Assembly: GCA_964016885.1 (NCBI GenBank)
Contig: OZ024746.1
Span: forward strand, 26,350,001-26,414,000
Reading direction: 5' to 3'
Length of the DNA stretch: 64,000 nucleotides
Source: Eledone cirrhosa
Lineage: Eukaryota
Shown: in pieces, positions 52,994 through 64,000 of the stretch
Numbering within the stretch: position 1 is the stretch's first letter
Layout: every line of letters begins with the position of its first letter
Notes under the pieces: generated by a model
The model's input: only the letters and a program-made list of their open reading frames with translations
What the model was told of the DNA's origin: nothing
Databases searched by the model: none
Program-made: the position numbers and the translations under genes

Positions 52994-53744
52994 CTAAATA
53001 AGAAAAAAAGAAGGAAATAGAAAATACAAAATTAATTTTTTAAAAATTAAATAACCAAAGTCAAGAGCGATTGTAGAGAGAGGTGGATTAATTATTAATA
53101 TTCTGTAATGATTTAGCAGAAATTATCTAAAAACATTCTTTTATAATATGTTTACTAGTGAACAGATTATTGTGAGAATTTGCAATATTATTTCTTAACA
53201 TCGTGTAATGATTTAGCAGGAAATATCTAAAAACAGGTTTGTTAATTCAAATGTTTATAATATCTTTACTAGTGGACAGATTATTGTGAAAATTTGAAGT
53301 CTTACAGCAAAGAAGTCTTTTTTTTTATGAGCTGTAGTGATAGTGCTGTTTTGTACTTTTCAAGAATATCTTGCTTATGCAGTTTCAAGCAGTACAACAT
53401 ATTAAGAGTCAAAGCAAGTTAAGGTCACTTTGCTTATGTCAAACTTAACAACAATTACAGATTAGCAACATCATTTACTTATATATGATGAAGAAAAACC
53501 ATATATTTAGTTACTATCTTGATAAATAAATAATTAATAATTTAAGTACATTCCCTCAAAATCTTCATTATACTCATCATGGAGTTCTTTTTCAGACAAT
53601 GTTTTAGGGTTGCATACTCTTTCTAGTACCAACTCTTTCAGTTACCTCTATAGGAAGGATAAAAGTAACTAGTTGAGAAGAGTGATGGAAATGAATGTGG
53701 AAGGAAGTAGAGGAAGGGGATGACCAAGAAGAACATGGTTGTGA

Positions 53745-53819
<75 letters not shown>

Positions 53820-53868
53820 CATATGTATATATAATCTCTACTTTGTATACAGAACTCTAATTTTTGTT

Positions 53869-53905
<37 letters not shown>

Positions 53906-53985
53906 GAAAATTAGAGTTAATAACTCCAATTGAAACCCTGTAATTATTAAGCTCCAAGTATAAAATACTGAGCCATATAATAATA

Positions 53986-54285
53986 ATATATATGCAGTAA
54001 GAAACACAGTAAACCGTGTCTAATATTACAAGGGTTGAAAAACCACATTTGTTTGAAATATTTAACCATGAAGCAGACAGAATGATAAAATAAAATTATA
54101 TTATACAAACCGCCTCAATATATAAATATAATTGATATAAATATAATTGTTATTGAGGCGGTTTGTATAATATAATTTTATTTTATCATTCTGTCTGCTT
54201 CATGGTTAAATATTTCAAACAAATGTGGTTTTTCAACCCTTGTAATATTAGACACGGTTTACTGTGTTTCTTACTGCATATATAT
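53986..54285. repeat. Inverted repeat, 135-bp apparently identical arms, 30-bp AT spacer, TA-flanked
   Basis: Left arm ends ...ccgcctcaata at 54120; right arm starts tattgaggcgg at 54151. Confidence 0.95.
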
Positions 54286-54439
54286 GAAAAATTCGAGACC
54301 CTGACAGCTGAGTTCCTGTGTTTCGTTCATTTTTCCGTTGTCTTTTCCAACCTTTTTTTTAAATTAATTTTATAAGATCTTAGCCGCATGGGACACTCTT
54401 TCAAATTTATATATATATATATATATATATACAGGAACA

Positions 54440-59342
<4,903 letters not shown>

Positions 59343-60109
59343 TATGTATATATATATACACACACTTAAATAATATATATATAGTAATAATTTTTTCTAC
59401 TTTTGACACAAGGCCACCAATTATCCCAGTGCATTACTGGTGCTTTATTTTATCATCCCTGTAAGGATGAAAGGCAAAGTTAACCTTGGCAGGATTTGAA
59501 CTCAGTCCATAAAGGGCTGTATGCACGAGGCCTCAAATTATCATTAAGTTTATTCAGGTGTGATGTGCGTTTCACAATTGATCAGCTCAAGTTTCAATTT
59601 CTATTGATCGGGCCTGACTCGGGAATCAAAAGCTCATCAGACTTCTATTTGTTTAATGATGGAATGTTTTGCGTACAGCTCTAAAAAAAATATATCCGTT
59701 CTCATTCATTGGGGATGGTCAGAAAAAAAGTATGTGAAGAGATGGAAGAGGGGTAGGGAAGATGTAGAAAGAAGATAGGGATTGAGAAAATGAATGAATG
59801 GCGGTGGGGTACATCCAGTGGTAAAGGTGGGGGATGGGGTGAAGTGTTGACCATTTTAATAGTGGATTGATTTTCTGAGTGATATCTTATCTGTATATTT
59901 TATCCATTCATTGAGATGTCTAAATATTAGAGACAAATAAACTTTTAATTAGTATATGTGTGTGTGTACATATATATATTATATACATACACTACATGAA
60001 CACATATATGTCAACGTATGTTTACCACAATAAATAAATTGAAAATGTCATTGGAAATGGAGGTAGTCAAGATGTTCCAGATATTCCAAATGCTGAATAC
60101 TAAACTCAC

Positions 60110-60267
60110 CTTTAAATTATATTCAGATAAAGCCAAACATTTGAGTAAATCATCCTTTATTCTAGATAATAACACAAGAAGTTCCTGTGAGACATTTTCT
60201 GTTGGTCTGCCTTGAACATCACCGGACATCACTGATGGTCCATCAGGAACATCACCGGAGAGTTGAA
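60110..60267 (-). CDS. Internal coding exon of the minus-strand host gene
   Basis: ttttacag| xQLSGDVPDGPSVMSGDVQGRPTENVSQELLVLLSRIKDDLLKCLALSEYNLK |gtgagt; ends in phase 0, compatible with exon 52993-52787. Confidence 0.75.
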
Positions 60268-60350
60268 CTGTAAAAGTAAAATGCATGGAGGAAGTCAAAA
60301 CAACACATATGTACATGTGGATACTGTATATATATATATATATAGATATA

Positions 60351-61500
60351 ATTTAGCGAGAATCGCATTTCGGTGGGTAGAAATTAGCGAAACACAACTT
60401 CAATAATGTGCAGACAAGCGCTCTATGCATATAAAGAGGATAGCAGAGCTATAAATATAAGTTAAAATGGTCATACACGCTGAGTCATGGTTAAGAAGCC
60501 ATATCCACCATAGCCAAAGAGCGAACAAGCTAAACGGGTCAAACAAAATGAGATAGAAATGGTTACACAACAGTTAGTTCACCATACCGAGAACAATTGT
60601 TTCACCTTAGCGGATCTTCAGCTCGGAATGGGCATGGTTATAGGAACAGGAAGGACAACCGTACGAACGCGCATGCGCAGAAACCCGGTCACTTCACACA
60701 GGCAATACTAGACTGCGTGCGAGAGATGTAAGGGAGATAACTGCGAAAGTCCGAAAAGTTTTTAGGTTGAAAATAAAATTACAAAGAATCAGTCCGGAGC
60801 CTTGTAGTTATGCAATAGGTGTTTGGCAACGTGTGGACAACGTGTGAAAAATTCACTTCTCGTGTTTAAGCAATCACTATTGCATAATCTCTTTAGAATA
60901 GTTATTCGTTCGTCAATACATAAGCCACACATCGGATTTCCCCTTGCGTATGGCTTGGACTTAGTGATGGTTTTCCATTGAATGGAGTAGTCTATACTTG
61001 AGTCATTGAGGGACCATACGTGGCTCGCGAGTTTCATGGATAAACATCTGTCCGGGTATCTGAAGGTAGACTGGTGGTTCAGGAAACGTTCCTTGAATCA
61101 ACCCTCCACCATGCCCACATAGGATTTGACCTCCTGTGGTTCGTTTGGTCGGTTGGAAGTGACCACAGCTTCATAGATTACAGCTGATGTGTTGCATTGC
61201 TGTTGAAGGGGGCAAGCTTCAGGCTTACGGCAAGAGCACCCTGGTGGGGTGTTGCTCCTAGGGCTGTTGGTGATGTGGGCCTTCATGTTCTTAGCGCAGG
61301 AGTATCCTAGTTTAACTTTGTGTCGGTTAAAGATGGAGCGGTATTTATGACCTATGGGGAAGTGTCTATCTAAGAGGGCTATAAATTTTTTTCCTACATT
61401 GATTTTAACGTTGAGTGAGAATGTAGTAGAGAACCAGATAGTTTGTCTATTGTTGCGCTTACTTTTCTTAATGGTGTTGTTGCTAGTGAGAGAGTAAGTG
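60351..61500 (-). mobile_element. 5'-truncated Penelope-like element (thumb/linker, GIY-YIG, terminal repeat)
   Basis: IWFSTTFSLNVKINVGKKF...CSCRKPEACPL...VIYEA...YVGM, CLNTRSEFFTRCPH; ends at (TA)n; same subgroup as 8260-9590. Confidence 0.88.
60582..60631 (-). ncRNA. Minimal type I hammerhead ribozyme in the PLE terminal repeat
   Basis: Minus strand: ccattccgag-CTGAAGA-tccgctaaggt-GAAA-CAATTG-TT-ctcggtatgg; palindromic stem III. Confidence 0.8.
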
Positions 61501-61774
61501 ATAGATTGGGAGAATATCCGTCTAACCCATGCTAGCATGGAAAAACAGACGTAAAACGGTGATAATGATGAAGCCACTGTTAGCCAATGCCGTGTTATAG
61601 TAGGGTGCCGCCCTGTCAAAGATAGCCTTATTAGAGGAGAGGTTTGAGATTCTAGTACTGATATTCTTAACTAGGTTTCTAAAATATTTATATATATATA
61701 TTTATCCTTATCGAGCCCTCTTTGGATTTTAGTCTTCAAATTTATTATTATTATATATATATATATTTAATTAT

Positions 61775-62970
61775 CATCATCATCATCATCATCATTTAAT
61801 GTCCATCTTCCACGCTAACATGGGTTAGATGGTTTTGTTCCATTTGATGCGGGAATGGTCGGGAGACCATGTCTCGCTCACACGGAAGCGTCTCTGGACA
61901 GCTGGATGCCCTTCCTAACACCAACCACATTTACAGTGTGGACTGGGAGCCTTTTCACCGTCTCCTACATGGCCACCTTACAGTGTGGACTGTTGTCATC
62001 AACACAGTGGACGGAATGGGAGGAGGATGGGGTAGGGTGGGGGTGATGTGTACATTGGGTTAAGAGGTGGCTATTGACTGTCAGTTTGTATGCAATGGCA
62101 GTCGGCACAACAAAAAAGCACCCAGTCACACAGTAAAGTGGTTGTGTAGGTGCCACAGTAAAAAGCACCCAGTACTCACTGAAAATGAGGTTGGTGTTAG
62201 GAAGGGCATCCAGCTGTAGAAATCAAGCCAAAATCAGTTCTGTATGAGCAAGACATGGTCACATGACTTGGTATTGCCCACAATAGGACAACCCATTTAA
62301 CCCATGCTAGCGTAGAAGAATGGACGTAAAACGGTGATGATGATTATTATGATAATATTGTTGTGCTTTCGGCAGCTCATGCTGCCATTAAATGTTTAGT
62401 TGTTGATTGTCAAAGCACTTTCATCACACATTCTGTGACCTCCTCAGTGACTACTTTTGTTGTGTCCTACACCATCTTGTTTTTTTGTTTTTGTGAGTTG
62501 AGTACTTGGGCTGCACATGCATTATATCTGGGTTTGTGTCTGTTTTTATTTACTTATTTATCTATTTTAATATATTTAATTGTTTATTTATTTATAAGTT
62601 TATTTACTTGTCACTAGTTGGTTACTTGTTCTATCTGTGTGTGGCTGGTTTGTTTTATTAGTTTAGTTCTCTTGTATCTCTGTATGTGTTTATCTTGTCT
62701 TTATTTACTATGTGTGTATATGTAAGTATACAATATATGTATATATAAAATGTATTTTTGTATGTGTGTGTGTATATATATATCATCATCATCATCGTTT
62801 AACGTCTATCTTCCACGCTAGCATGGGTTTAGACGGGAATTGTCCCACTTGAGGCAAGATTGGTTGTCTTGCTCATATGGGACTGTCTGGCAGGTTTTCT
62901 ACGGCTGGATGCCCTTCCTAACACCAACCACGTTTACTGTGTGGACTGGGAGGTTTTTACCGTGTTACCT
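61775..62970. mobile_element. Cluster of RTE 3'-UTR/SINE fragments, plus a diverged copy of the Naiad terminal repeat (~62380-62650)
   Basis: ggaagggcatccagc motifs in both orientations; ctgtgacctcctcagtga matches 2571-2588. Confidence 0.7.
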
Positions 62971-63224
62971 ATATATATATATATATATATGTAAATAAGA
63001 CCATCATTGTTCCAATCAGTCCACAAATACTCATCAAACACCCTAAAATGAATGTCAACCTGTATTCATGACTCCTGCCAAACCAAACCCTACTCACCTT
63101 CCAAATTCAGCAAACTAACCGCAGACCACACACCTTCCCAGGCTCAGCATTCACAACCAGACTGCAACAACCACCAAATCAGGAAGACAGACATTATGAT
63201 GCTGTAGCTGTCATATTACATATA

Positions 63225-63668
63225 TAATAGGTAGGAACTCCATCCTCTGCCCCAAATGCAAACAATGGGTACACAAGAGATGTGGTGCGATCTCAGGAAG
63301 CTTAACTAAGAATGTAGGCTTCATATGTAACAGCTGCGCTGGGACAATAAGCAGCAAACGGCCACAGGAAACAAGCACCACCAAACTCTGGGAGGGCTCT
63401 GTAGAAACAGTAGACAGCTTGACCGAATTAGCAGCGGAGGTGGGTGTTCGGAAAGTACAATAACTAGGGTAAGAACAGGATGGAAGAAGTTCAGGGAGCT
63501 ACTGCCACTGCTAGCTGCAAAAGGCTTTTCCCTCAAAATGAAAGGCAGACTGTATGATGTGTGTATAGAAACAACAATGTTACATGGTAGTGAGACCTGG
63601 GCGCTGTCTGTAGAAGAATTGCGCAGATTAGAAAGAAACAAAGCTTGCATGCTCCGATGGTTGTGTAA
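63225..63668 (+). mobile_element. Decayed RTE fragment
   Basis: WVHKRC, GWKKFRELLPLL, HGSETW. Confidence 0.8.
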
Positions 63669-64000
63669 TCTATATTACTAAAACAGAGAATGTCTGTTTG
63701 TCTGTCTGTCTGTACAATCACTAAAACTCGAGAACTACCCAACCGATTGTTTTCAGACTTTACACATGTAATACTTATGGTCCTATTGAGTGTTCAGAGC
63801 AAAACAAATTTCAAATGGGACCGCATTAGGTGATTTAGCGATCTCTTTCTCTCTCTCTCTCTTAGTCTTTCTCTTCTTAGATAGATACATAGATATTACG
63901 TTGCGCCCTTATAATATCTGTCTGTATGCCTGGCTGTCTGCATTACGACATTATGACACTGTGTGTGTATATATAGTGTGTAACGTTTTTCGAAATATTT
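63669..64000 (+). mobile_element. 5' end of a non-autonomous Helitron-like element inserted into the RTE fragment
   Basis: A|TCTATATTACTAAAACAGAGAATGTCTGTTTGTCTGTCTG: TC start after A, followed by (TCTG)n. Confidence 0.6.

Noticed and set aside
53993-54120. Hammerhead in the second large inverted repeat
   Set aside because: Only a TTGAAAA...GAAA pattern, with no CTGANGA core or valid stems.

Overview
AT-rich, repeat-dominated animal genomic DNA. The (TA)n/(CAT)n microsatellites, RTE LINEs and tRNA-derived SINEs suggest a cephalopod such as Octopus; this is inference. Most ORFs in the supplied track are microsatellite or antisense artefacts. Main content: (1) an intact, very young Ty3/Gypsy LTR retrotransposon of the CsRn1 lineage (11040-16768), inserted into a ~730-bp tandem array whose unit carries an unrecognised structured-RNA-like motif; (2) a four-exon host gene missing from the ORF track (30963-39781, +), encoding a 92-aa signal-peptide, six-Cys, probably GPI-anchored protein; (3) the last two coding exons of a minus-strand host gene (60267-60110, 52993-52787); (4) several Penelope-like elements and at least five well-formed type I hammerhead ribozymes, two of them forming the arms of a 348-bp palindrome; (5) many decayed RTE, CR1 and CRE-like LINEs, SINEs, a Tc1-like relic, Helitron-like ends, foldback elements and a composite tRNA-Asp/VNTR/CR1-tail insertion. 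All folds, splices and alignments were made by eye, and boundaries of decayed repeats are approximate.
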